Below are positions 10,904-22,688 of a stretch of 64,000 bases of DNA, one piece after another. Source of the stretch: Tubiluchus corallicola (Eukaryota; Animalia; Priapulida); the NCBI GenBank assembly GCA_030141605.1, contig JAQGDQ010002370.1, positions 647,167-711,166 of the forward strand, read 5' to 3'. Made by a program: the position numbers and the translations under genes. How positions within the stretch are numbered: position 1 is the first letter of the stretch; every line of letters starts with the position of its first letter. Below the pieces are notes generated by a model. It saw nothing but the letters and a program-made list of their open reading frames with translations, had not been told where the DNA came from and did not search any database.

Positions 10904-13900
10904 TTATTCAACATTAGTAGGAAGCCTGACAAACACTCCCTGCCGATTATATTGAAATTGCGCCACAGGCGTATTGTTAGGTATATCATCAGTAGAAGAG
11001 TAGAAATTGTTCTCATCATCAACATAGCCATCATAATTTTCCTCCCTGAAACAACGAATAAAAAATTTAACAACGCTTTCGTCTTAAGTCCTGTCTACAT
11101 AGCTACAATCAGAAAGCAAAGACTTCCTGGCTTTGTTTTTCATCTTGTATTTAATGAAAAGAAAAGCAATAAGAAAAAAGTACATTGCTTGTATAAATTT
11201 TTCAGAGTTGCTTCACTCACATCATTGTCGGTATCTTTTATTAAAGTCCTCCAGTAACGTTTCCCTAAATATCTATTTTTCAGACAGAAAGGGAGTATTT
11301 TTAATGCTAATATTTGTTGCGATAATGACTGAGTGAACAAAAAACGCACATTCCACCTAAAGCTGCCGTTGGTGTCTGATAACTCCTAGCTAAAGTAAAG
11401 CCGGGTACAAATAAGTTTCCACTTCTATAATCGTCAGATCTCTAGCTTGTACTAGCGTGCTTCAAATGTTGCTTGAATGTGATTTTTGATGTTTGAAGAC
11501 ATTTTGTTGTGTGTGCGCTGTGTCTTACCTTAGATAATATCCATGAGGAGAGTCAGAAGAACCAACATTGTCAACAGTTGTATCGTCTATAGAATCGCCA
11601 GAAAACGCAATGGATCTCGAGAGATCCTCAGAAGGTACGACTGCAGCGTTCTCATCAGAGTCCAAATTGTAAAATCCAGTCTCACGAATGTCATCAATTA
11701 GAGCAGGTTGGCGAATTATTTCCAACCCTTCTGAATACCTAGCGTTATGATCTTGTTCAGAGTAGTTTAGTAATGTATCTCCAGTCATGGGAACCATAAC
11801 AACATAAACAGCTCTGGCAGCCTTATCAGGTTGCTCACCATCATACTCTGTAAGCTCTTCATTTATTATCTCTGCTTTGGCATTGTGTAAAGGGTAGGCA
11901 CTAACGTACATGAAAACGGGAGCAATTGTGTCTGCATCATCCTCATTACCGAGGTGAGCTAACTCACCTTCAAAAGATAAATAGCGATCGTCAATGTTGT
12001 CTGCGGTCGCATCATCTGATGTATCGCTAGAAGCGCCATTAATGTGACCAGTGAGTAACAAGTGAAATCCGGGTCTGAGTGGAGAATCTTCTTCACTTTT
12101 TATGCTTGGGCTAAAGTTCACTTTATTTTCGTTTTCATCTGTCTGCTCATTATCAGGGAAGGTGCTTTGTGCAGAGGATTCGTTTGGAATGACTTCGAAC
12201 TTATTTACATTCTCAACTTTAGAATTTGGTATTATTTCGAACCCTGTACTAAAAGGTAGTTTCACCTCACTTCTGATACTGAATCTCTCATCATTTGGCT
12301 GCACCAGAAAGTGGTCTGGGCTCGGAACTCCGAGAGTTTTGAAAAAATGGCTTCCATCTAGTTTACTATACTGATCTGTTCCGCCATCTTCAGCCTGTGG
12401 TTGAATATATTCAAAAGGTTGTCCAGTCTCACGCATAGGTATAAAGAAACTTGATGACGTTTCTTGAGATATAGCTGGATTGAAGTTTTTGTTTGCCAAT
12501 TTCGCAATACTCGATGGAATAAATGAAAACGTTGGATCTCCCTCATGTGGAATAAATTTATACCTAATACCACGAGAAGTGTCTTCTAGATTTAATTCAT
12601 CTGTGATCATTCTTGCGTGTCCTGCAAAACTTTCAGCCGCATGTCCTCTTTGTTGTTCGTCAAATGAGTCTTGGTTTTCTACATCAATTGACGTTGCATT
12701 ATAATCTACTGGAGCATCTCCTAGTTTCATGATGACGTAATACTGTTCCAGAAGAACTGGCGGGTCTTGTTCTGAAATGGGGTTGTTATCGCCGTCATCA
12801 TTTTTGTTATCAGAAAATTTTTCTGCAATAAAGACAATAAAAGAAATACAACAATAACGAACGTTGTAGATGTTTATAGAATTCGTCTTTTGCCTTACCT
12901 TACCTTACCTCATCTTTCTTACTTTACCTTACTTTTCCTCACCTTACCCTACCTTACCTTACCTAATCTTACGTTAGCTTACCATGCCTTGCCTTGCCTT
13001 ATCTTACATACTAATGTCATATAAGGCAAGGCAAACAAAATCGTGTAAGTCAAGACAATTGCTTTGGCTTCAAATTACTGGCCCAAACTGTCATAATTGT
13101 AGAACACGGTTCTAGCAGCAGTTGTTTATGCACATTGCCCTTTACCCAGGAAACCACAAGTATTAACATGATCTGCATACATGCTGCTTGGTATAGTGCA
13201 AAATTACACACTTCTGAACCTATTGAAATATAAATTGTGAAATTTAATCCACCTCTATCGATAAATAGCGCCCTGTCTGGCAGTCTAAATTGATCGTCTT
13301 CTTCCCCTCTGACGTCGTACTCTTTAGGAACGGTGTAACTGTAACTTCTATCGCCACCGTGTGTCTCGTCTTCAAGGTTTGCTTCAAGGTGACTGAAGTA
13401 GCTGCAAACAATAGTTACATGATCACGATATGACAGTGCTGGTAGCGTGACAATGCAACAAGGTACTTTGCCTGTTAAACTTGGCCAATAAATTTATTTT
13501 TATCAATTAAATAAAAATTAGCTAAATGCGGTGGAATACTGATATCACGTATGGCCAGGTTTTTTCAGGTATTGATAATCTAAACTTTTATTGGTACATA
13601 GATCCAACAATAAGTTTATCATTTTTTGATTAGTAAATACTAATTAGTGAACGATAAAAGTCACCTGAGACTACCCATTATATGTATATGATCTGGCAAG
13701 GGAATAGCAGTTTTTAACCTAGCCACATCAGTAGATGAATGCGAGCACCCAATAGAATAGAGAGCACAAAGAAGAAAGCTGTCACCACGCATGACAGGCC
13801 ACTTACTTGCCGGTAGTGTCGTTATTCAGTTTTCTCTCCTTTCCACTTTCTTCAAAAGTAACTAAATAATCGTTTCTAGTATCACTAAAATCGACCTTCC

Positions 13901-16595
13901 GGTTGTAATGCTTTACACTGTCGCCGTCTTGCTCATCTGAGCGAAACTGGATAAGAAAAACGAAATGAATATATAAATTTATCATATTCTATTGTCATTA
14001 TTAAGAGCATGAAATAATTAAATAAAGGGCCTGCCACTTCAATGACACAAACAATTTTTCGATTTGTTTTGCTCTTAAATTTGCTACGCCAAACCCATCA
14101 AACAATGAGGTTCCAAACAGGACTGTTTGACGTAATCACAACAACAGAAATCGTATTCAGGTATATCGATAATTGTATTTAAAGAGACGTTACCGTCCGT
14201 TACTATTAATTAAAAGCTGTCATTGATATTCGGTTGTCTGTGTTCTAAAATCTAAAATTATCCTCTGAGTCAAGGCTAATGTGGGACACTGCACTGTCAT
14301 AATTAATGATATATCTACATGTAGAATATATGCCCAGTATGTGTAATTTACCGAATTATATAATTACGGTAGCAAGTGACGGCCAAGTAGTAGTAGCACT
14401 TTCACGTCAGCACTCACACACGTACCAATATGATTTACTTAGATTATAGAATTTAGAATTTGTTGCTCTAGCCAACATACTGCAATAATACAACAAAAAA
14501 AGAAACATACGGTGTGTAACTGTGCACATGTGTGATATCATCACTACAGAAAGTACTGTTTCTCTAGTTACGAAACAGTAATTTTAGGTGTTTAAGAATT
14601 AGAGATTTAGGATGAATGCCTTAGGTACCAGTGAATGACCCTTATATAGAAAAATACTGAAACATGCAATTTTTGTGCACAGTGATCTTTTAATTGTTGC
14701 ATAAATATTCCCTTTTTTTGGTGAACCATTGTCTGTAGTCTTTTCTTGTACCTTGAAATTACCATGACAAAATCCTTAAGAAGCAACATTCTTTGACGCA
14801 GATGTGCAAAATCAAAAAAAAATTTACCTCACGATGCATGTTATTCCAGCACAAGCCAAAGTAATTAAAGTAAGGGCACAGTAAGACTGTTTGGTGACGA
14901 GTTCTTCTCGTTACGTCAAGATAGTGCGCAAATGGACTCTGACTTGCACAAACCAAAATTAGCAAACTAATCGAGAATTTCCAAGTAACACGTTTTGCTT
15001 TTTTTAAAAATAGTTGTGATATCAGTATATTATAAAAACAACAGATTGAACTACTAAATTGTAACTTAATAACAAAATGCTAAAGGACTAATAGATGCGG
15101 CTAAGAAATATAACAAATTATTATTATTGTGAGTCTTATTATTATTATTATTATCTGCAACACACAAATGCAGATTATAAAACAATACGTATACGCGGTT
15201 TTTATATCGAAAGAAAATTCATTTTAAGAATTTCCGCAACAATATTTCTATCTTGATTTCATCTATGGCAAATAATTGTAGCAGCTAGTGATAAATGTCT
15301 GATTGGCCGAATAGACAAATACAGTCTAATTTAACCCAGTTCAATTCAATACCTTACTAACAACGGTATCATATGTTACTTCGTCTTTGTCATTGTCATA
15401 ATCAACCTTGCTGATTTCGGAACCATATGTGCGTTGGCCTGGAATGTCGTAGTAATCATTATGATGAAAAACTCGCAAACTTTCTTCAGGGTTCCTTGCT
15501 TCTCCTAATTCTACGTCGCGGTAGTATTCCGAATTGTCTTGGTTTGGAATTCGAAGTGGACGAGCAATTTCTCGCATTACTAGTGTGGGATAACTCCATG
15601 TTAGCTGTATAAATAAATGAACGAGAGAAGCGTGGGTATACAATGACGTAGCTAAAAAGTCCGGGCAGCACTTTTCAGAGAGCGGCATTTTGATCAATTT
15701 CATTCAACTGAAAAAGGCGCTTGGTTGATGTAACACTGATGTCATTACAATATGTTCTATTTATCTAATAATGATTGTAAGTCAGTAAGTTCTTGGCTCG
15801 CCAACCTAGTTTGCGAGTTTTTGCATATCTCCGTCAGAAATATCTTCATTTCGTAGAATTATACTTGCGGATAATTTACGAAAACTAATCTCAATTTTAT
15901 CTTTAAAATATTTTGACAACAATAAACTTTCATTTGCTCAACTGCTAAGATGTCTAAAACTCTTAGGTAAACACAGCGATGTCTTGGAAGTCGCACCAAA
16001 GTAGTCTTCAATAACAGTCTTTGCTGAGTTACCATGTGAAGAAGCCATTGCTTGTCGTAACTTTTAGTTTTGAAATGTACGGGGATTTCTTCCTAAACCA
16101 ATTTTTTGATTTTTTTTGGTAATTCTTTATTATTTTATCTCTATAAATTATCGCATATGCGAGGCAATACTACTAAACATTACAAATCTAAATTTTTTTG
16201 CATAAACATTTTCACTTGTGTCAAATTTTAAGTGCCACCCGGGGACGATAAGATCTAGCTACGCTATTGTGTAGGCATAGAAGCATATCAACCTTACGTA
16301 ACATTAAAACTAACGCAACAACTGAAAATAGCAAAGTTACACTGTTTTCTCTTCATACTGGCTGTGAAAATTCTAATAATAATAGAAAAATATAATAAAT
16401 AGCAAACAGTAGAACATATCAATTTTATTTTAAATTATAAACATAAAATCCTTGCATTTTACAATGCATGTCTTGTAGCAAAGTAATTCGCTTATCAGAC
16501 GAATCCTTAGATTTTATTTGCAAAATATAAATTTAGGTAGGAATACTTACTTTCAGTAGCAGAAACAAAAGCGCAGCAGCTGCTGTCCTCATCAT
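10904..16595 (-). CDS. Secreted protein, unknown family, paralogue C with long acidic C-terminal extension (6 exons, ~673 aa)
   Basis: Exons 16595-16551 (MMRTAAAALLFLLLK|gtaagt), 15604-15353 (LTWSYP...DYYDIPG...VVSK), 13946-13807 (FRSDEQ...DTTG AA|gtaagt), 13401-13253 (YFSHL...DDQFRLPDRALFIDR), 12822-11529 (acidic exon containing the 401-aa ORF, ends AG|gtaaga), 11045-10904 (EENYDGYVDDEN...PTNVE*). Phases all compatible (2022 nt). YYDIP and LPDRxxFxxR motifs and the phase-2 intron after TG match A/B. Last exon is less certain; the alternative is a stop at 11525. Confidence 0.75.
12893..13010. repeat. Degenerate (CCTTA)n pentanucleotide microsatellite in intron 4 of paralogue C
   Basis: ccttaccttaccttacc...ccttgccttgccttatc. 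Confidence 0.8.
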
Positions 16596-16695
16596 TCTAC
16601 AGTTATCACGATTTACCCTGACTTGCTATTTTTCTGTTTTCCGCTCCAGTCCTATAACCCAGCAACTTGTGCACCACAACCTTGGGACCTTCATG

Positions 16696-16701
16696 TTTAT
16701 A
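16696..16701 (-). promoter_or_regulatory. TATA box of paralogue C
   Basis: TATAAA on the minus strand ~106 nt upstream of ATG 16595. Confidence 0.45.
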
Positions 16702-19300
16702 TCCACCTGTCTTCTAACAACGATTTACTTTGTTCTAGCGAGTAGGTAATAGCAATATTTAAACAGAAGTTAAAGGTCCTGGAGGTTGGATTGCCTCGTC
16801 ACGCGAGAGGCGATTTAATTCGACGATTTCTGATGATATAGCCATTTCGAAATCTGTTACGAACACAGGAAAACCGTGAGGAGACGATTTCAGCTCAGAA
16901 ACCTGATGCGTTTAAGCTCGTAAGATAGGCTTAACATTTTAGTTTCGGTTTAACCCATCACGACTGAATTCTCAACTACTGACAAACATTCGTTTTTTTA
17001 AATTTTACACTGGCTTTAAAGAAACCATTAAAATATTATGTATTTTTGTGTGGCTATGCCACATAAATTGAATTAATTTTCCACTATGTTATAACAACAT
17101 TTAAAACAGCGAAAATATCGCGTTTTAACACTAACAGATAGACGCTTAAATTTGCAACCCTTTTACTTTTGCTGGAAACTAATATAAGCTAATTATTCCA
17201 CGCACAATTAAACGAAATATTTGCTAACTTTTCAAGTCAGCTTTTAAACATTTCCGGTTAAAAGTTTTCAATTTTTAAATTCGGTAACCAAATTTTGGGA
17301 ACTTATACACATAGTACAAGAAGGAAAACAGATTTTTATGGGAAAGCTGATAACACTGCGTAAGTGGATAAAAATCAAAGGTCGGTTATGCTTCAAAATC
17401 TATAAAGGGCTGTGGTAACAAAATTTTCATAACTTGATTACTAAACCAGAAAGGGGACAGATTTGAATGGCGTAGTTGGTGACCATGCTTGAGTAGCAAT
17501 ACGTCGATCACTCGCTTTTATCAGGAGAAAAGATTTTCCCCTCGAGATTTCGTTTACGATAACGATTCCAATATTTTTGCACTTATTCATATAGCTGGCA
17601 AGTTAATGGACATATTAGTGTGCAACGCGTATCTTCCATATGAATGTCACTATTATGCGACCCAGTACAATAAAATTTTGGTGCAGAACTGATGGAAGCT
17701 TGCTCTGTAGGTAATGACGTTTTATGTGATGTAGTGGCAACCCCAGTGGCCTTTATGATTGCAAAAGATTAAGCGATTTTTATCTCTCTATAGTTCATAT
17801 GCCTCTTGATGTTATTTTTTGCAATAATGTTTATTACTGTTGGTGATCATACATCCGTTGCTCTAAATAGGCTCTCCGATGACATTGTTTGCGCTTTAAA
17901 AACTGCACCCGAAAAAGCAATTCCTCATTGTCAAATGTGTTCTCATCTAAAGCAATTAGTAGACTTCGTGCTGATAAACATCGTCTTTTAATGGACATAT
18001 TTTATTTATGGGTGCACATAAACTGCGTAACAGGAAACCCAGGCAAGGACCAATAGCCTATCAAAGGTCTAGTTTTAAACAAGTTTTACCGTAATGTCGT
18101 TACCTGAGCAAGAAAGTATCAAAGCAAACAAGTTGGAGAAATGTGAAAAAACAGTTTAATGCGAAAGTTTTGCTGTAAACGAAAATAGACAAAGCAGTTG
18201 GAAAACAAGTGTCGTGACCATTATAAATTGCTCTTAAATAGTATAGATTCTCATGAACGTGCAATACTGGACAATAGCAAATAGATTCTAAATGAGCAAA
18301 TGGTCTCTGTCTCACCACATATCAGCAGATCTTGGTAGTCTGTCAGCTGAACACTATATTTTTGCCTTCAAAAAAATTTCAGTGCTTCCCAATTTGCTAA
18401 TTTTAGCTTACATTACGCACTCATTTCACTGACAAGGCTGGCAGTACGGTACGGTACGGTACAAAAAAATTCTTAAAAGTACGGTACGAAATTATGGTAT
18501 TTTTCCGAACCTTTATCGTAGCTTTTCCGTAGCATTTTTCTCAGTTTCTTATAACGTTTGTGACGACTTGTTTCGCCTCTTTGGTGCGGACTTGTTCTCT
18601 CCTGGTTAACGCACCTTGACACAGAACAGACGCAAACAAAACGGCTAGATTGGTTCGCTTTGGATGAAAAAGCAGCAAGTTGTTTTTTCCCGTAAATTAC
18701 CTTACCTTTATTATTGTACTTATAGAAACTGGGTATGTTACTTACCAAATTTGACCATGTTAATGTAACACCGCTGATCTACGGCTGTGTACCTAGAGCC
18801 AAGAAAAGAAATTAAAGTCATACCGACGTTACGTACGTTAAATTGTGCAGCCTGCATGGTATAGTTACAAATGTTTTAGGCAAGACACTAAATGTTGATT
18901 ATCATTAAAAATTTGCCACTAGTGAGCAATTAATGAAAGGCAGTCGTTAAAAACTAGTAAATGAACGTAACTCGCCCGTTACACAAAATTATTTATTAAG
19001 AAAAAGTAATTCAAAATAATTTTATAACTCCATGGATGATTTTGTGCAAGTTTTGTACTTAAAATACATGTAAATAGTATGGAAGTTCAAACAGCAATTC
19101 TGTTTTTATAGTGCGCATAATTTCATAACAATAATTGAAAAACATATAGTTTACACAATTAACTTTTATGTCATTCTTTATCTTTTTATAGTGGATCCTA
19201 CACGCACTTGGTACGAAATTTGATGGGAATTACGGTATGATATTTTATCGTACTAGTACGGTACGATTCAATTTTGTAAGTATGGCACAGAATTGTGATA

Positions 19301-19950
19301 CATCATCATCATCTCTGGAGTCACACGTCGTTTGACATGACCCTCCCGCTCACTTTACTCCATACTACCCTGTCACCTGCAACCTTCCATGTCTCTGTAT
19401 TTTGATTGATATCTAATGGGGTGCTGATAAGATCTTTTTGGATGAAATTGATATAAGTCAGCAGCTGTCCTCCTTGCGGGTTTCTTTTCTTTCTGCAGTG
19501 CTTCTTTGAAAGATAACTTTAATGGACTGTCATCTGGTAGTCGTATAACAAGTCATATCCATCTTAATCTTCTCCTTTTTACTTTAATTGTCCATTCCTC
19601 TGCCTTGACTTTATTGTACAGATCCTGATTTGATATTTTGTCTGGCCATTTTATTCCTAGAATGTTTCTGTAGTTTCTTCTTTGAAATGCATTAATTTCT
19701 GATTCGTGTTGTGAGTTATAGATAAACACAGTTTCCACAAGTGCAGCAAAGATTCTTAAATTTGTATCTAAACTGATCCTCTTACTTTCAATTTTTTTTG
19801 TTAATTTGGAATATGCAGCTAGTGCTAGGGTTTTTTATTTGTTGCTAGAAGACTGCCTAAGTATATACATTTCCTCCAAGCATCATCTCCATTCCTTTTT
19901 ATGTGATACTCTTCTGTTTTATCTTTATTTAGTATGAGATCCATTTCTTT
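19301..19950 (-). mobile_element. 5'-truncated RTE-clade LINE fragment with (GAT)n tail
   Basis: Minus-strand KCIYLGS..LRIFAALVETVFIYN..INAFQRRNYRNILGIKWPDKISNQDLY..VKRRRLRWI, typical of the RTE post-RT C-terminal region. Ends in gatgatgatgatg at 19313-19301. Confidence 0.75.
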
Positions 19951-20341
19951 TATGGTGTTACGGTGTTTTTAGCTGACGTTGGTGGACCGATGTAATTCGG
20001 AACTCCAACGGAAGCACATGGAGGTCCGCGGTGGGTCAAAAGGGGTCGGCGGAATGCTACACGTAGTAGCGGTCTGGGAACCGTCCCTGTCAGGTCTGGA
20101 ACGACTGGAGTTTGCTCCGTACGCCGGATGCAAACGAGTCACGTTCCAGTCCAAAAAGAAAAACCAAGGGAAAGCCAAGGAACCGGAAACACCTGTTCAA
20201 ACGGTGGATAAGGGTCCAGAAGTGAGTACCGAGGGTGGAAAAACCCCCGACGTTGCCACTGGAACAAAGGAGCTGCCGTCTGTCGAGCAATCGCAGATGA
20301 AGGCACCCGAGTCCAGTATGGAAACGTAAATACAGAAAAGT

Positions 20342-21658
20342 ATGGGAACAGGGGCTAAAGTAAAATCCCGGCCGCAGACAGTCTTCGGTGGAAATACCCA
20401 CGGTAGATTGAATGTTATTTCCGGGGACAATTTGGATAAAATAGGTGAGAAGCCAGCACAAAGTGTCTCTGGTATTGAGTGCTGGCAAATCAATCTTCAC
20501 AAAAGCAAAGCTGCGAGTTACAACTTGCAGGATGTTGTAAAACACATACGTACCGGGTTAGTCTTTGTACAGGAACCCTGGACGCACGGTGGGGAAGTTA
20601 GGGGTAAACTCCGAGGATGGGATCTGTTCCAGGGAAACCGGAATGGAGAAAGGCCTCGGGCGTGCATTTATGCCACTCCTAACCTAAAATGCTTTTTACT
20701 TCCAGTGTTCTCGAATACAGACATTGTGGTGGTTAAAGCAAAAAATGTGTGCCGGGATGGAGATGAGTTCATTTTCGCCTCGGCATACATGGTGCATGAT
20801 CAACCGGCTCCCCCTATGTTACTCAGGGAACTGATATCATTCGGGGACGGCGATAAAACTCCAATTATTGTGGGGACTGATGCTAATGCGCATCATACGT
20901 TATGGGGTTCCACCGATGTCAACGACAGGGGTGAGGAACTCTTGGAGTATTGTGCAAGCGCTAATCTTGAGTTCTGTAATGTTGGCCGTAAACCAACGTT
21001 CCGAACAAAAGCAAGAGAAGAGGTGCTAGACCTGACACTGAGGAATCTGCATGCAGGGGACATAGTATGCGATTGGTATGTCAGTGACGTGCCATCGCTG
21101 TCGGACCACATGTATATAAGATTCCTAGTGAAAAGCAGTATTTCAAAAGAAAACCCACTCATCAGGAACATCCGCCGTACTTGCTGGGAAAAGTATGCGG
21201 AAGAACTTGAGCATAAACTTCCAGAACTGAACCGGGAATACAAGGTGTCCTCCAATGAGGATATTGAGGATTTGGCTGATGAAGTTCAGGCTGCTGTTAT
21301 TCATTCTTATGAAACTGCTTGCCCATTACGTAGGCAGAGGAAGAAGGATGGGAACAAATGGTGGAATCCGGAGCTAAGCCGTCTCCGCAAGGAGGCGCGC
21401 AGGGCTTGCAGGAGAGCCACTAAGACTAAAAATCAACGAGACTGGGAAACAAGAAAGCTAACCCAGTCTATATTCAAAAACGCCGTCCGGAAGGCGAAAC
21501 GCCAATCCTGGCGGAGTTTCACGGAAAAGATGGAAGATCAGGCACCAACTGCTAGGTTGGTAAAGGTCCTCCGCCGAAATAAAGCAGCGCAGTTAAGCTG
21601 TGTGTATAAAGAAGACGGTAAATTAACGGACAGCGAAGACCGTGGGAACTTTTGGTAA
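20342..21658 (+). pseudogene. Retrotransposon ORF2 N-terminal part (AP endonuclease), truncated before RT
   Basis: 438-aa ORF with all APE catalytic motifs, then the PWW-like linker (KWWNPEL). Ends at a frameshifted junction with no YADD/RT motifs. Confidence 0.85.
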
Positions 21659-22688
21659 GTCTAAAAGTCATATCGATGTGTGCAATAGCTATAGGCGCGA
21701 CCTCCAACTGTTGCATATGCCGGGTGATTTAAGAAAAAGAACACGCGTGTTCGAAAAAAATTTCGAATGCCAGATTCAGGAAAGAGAAATCGCTATCAAA
21801 TCGGAAGGCGAAATGGATAGGAACTGTGTCAGGTGTTATACCGATGGTTCCAAACTGGGCGGAAGGATCGGTGCAGGTATACGTATCGAGTATCCGACTG
21901 AGTCCAGAGTATTGGAGGAGTTCTTCTATCTTGGGAAATTGAGTACTGTTTTCCAGGCAGAAGTTTTCGCCATCTCACAAGCGGCGGAGATAATGTCTTC
22001 GGAAGGACTCCAGAATCAATCAATAGTCATCCTGTCAGACAGCCAGGCGGCTATTAAAGCTACTGAAAACAATACAGTAAAATCTATCTCGGTTTTACGT
22101 TGTGTTGAAAACTTGAACATACTTGGAAAAAGAAACCGAGTCTTGGTTACATGGATTCCTGGACACGAAGGAGTACATGGTAACTAAGAGGCGGACAAAC
22201 TTGCTAAAAAGGGATCTGAGCTCTCTCCGGAGGGACCAGAACCCTATCTGCCCGTCCCTTACGCTAGCTGTGTCTACGCGATTAAGGGATGGAGTCTAAA
22301 ACGATGGGAAACGTCGTGGAATAATCGTGAGGACTGCAAGAGAACGAAGGAACATGTGGGCTGGGCCTCGGCCCGAGTCTGCAATAGGCTCCTGAATCTC
22401 AGTAGAACTCAACTCGACATGGTTATACAGGTCCTAACCGGACACTGTAATCTCCAAAAACATAAAAAAACCACTTGTCGAGCACAATCCGCGATTTGCC
22501 CGAAATGTGGTCAGGAAGACGAAACACCGGACCATCACGTGGGACGATGCACCGCCTACCAGGGTGCTCGTATCAAATGTCTGGGAAATAAAAATACAAC
22601 ACTTAGAGCAGTTGTAGAGAACTTAAACCTGAAAAAACTAGCGGCGTATCTGAAGCAAGCTGGAAGGCTTGCCGAGTACGACCAATAG
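21642..22688 (+). pseudogene. Retrotransposon RNase H and C-terminal Cys/His domain, interrupted by a stop
   Basis: RNase HI acidic motifs D(TDGS)-E(QAE)-D(SDS)-D(EAD); in-frame TAA at 22185-22187. Confidence 0.85.

Noticed and set aside
12062-12704. Plus-strand ORFs opposite the big exon of paralogue C (similarly 36799-37198, 20090-20545, 20893-21255)
   Set aside because: Antisense shadows of real coding sequence.
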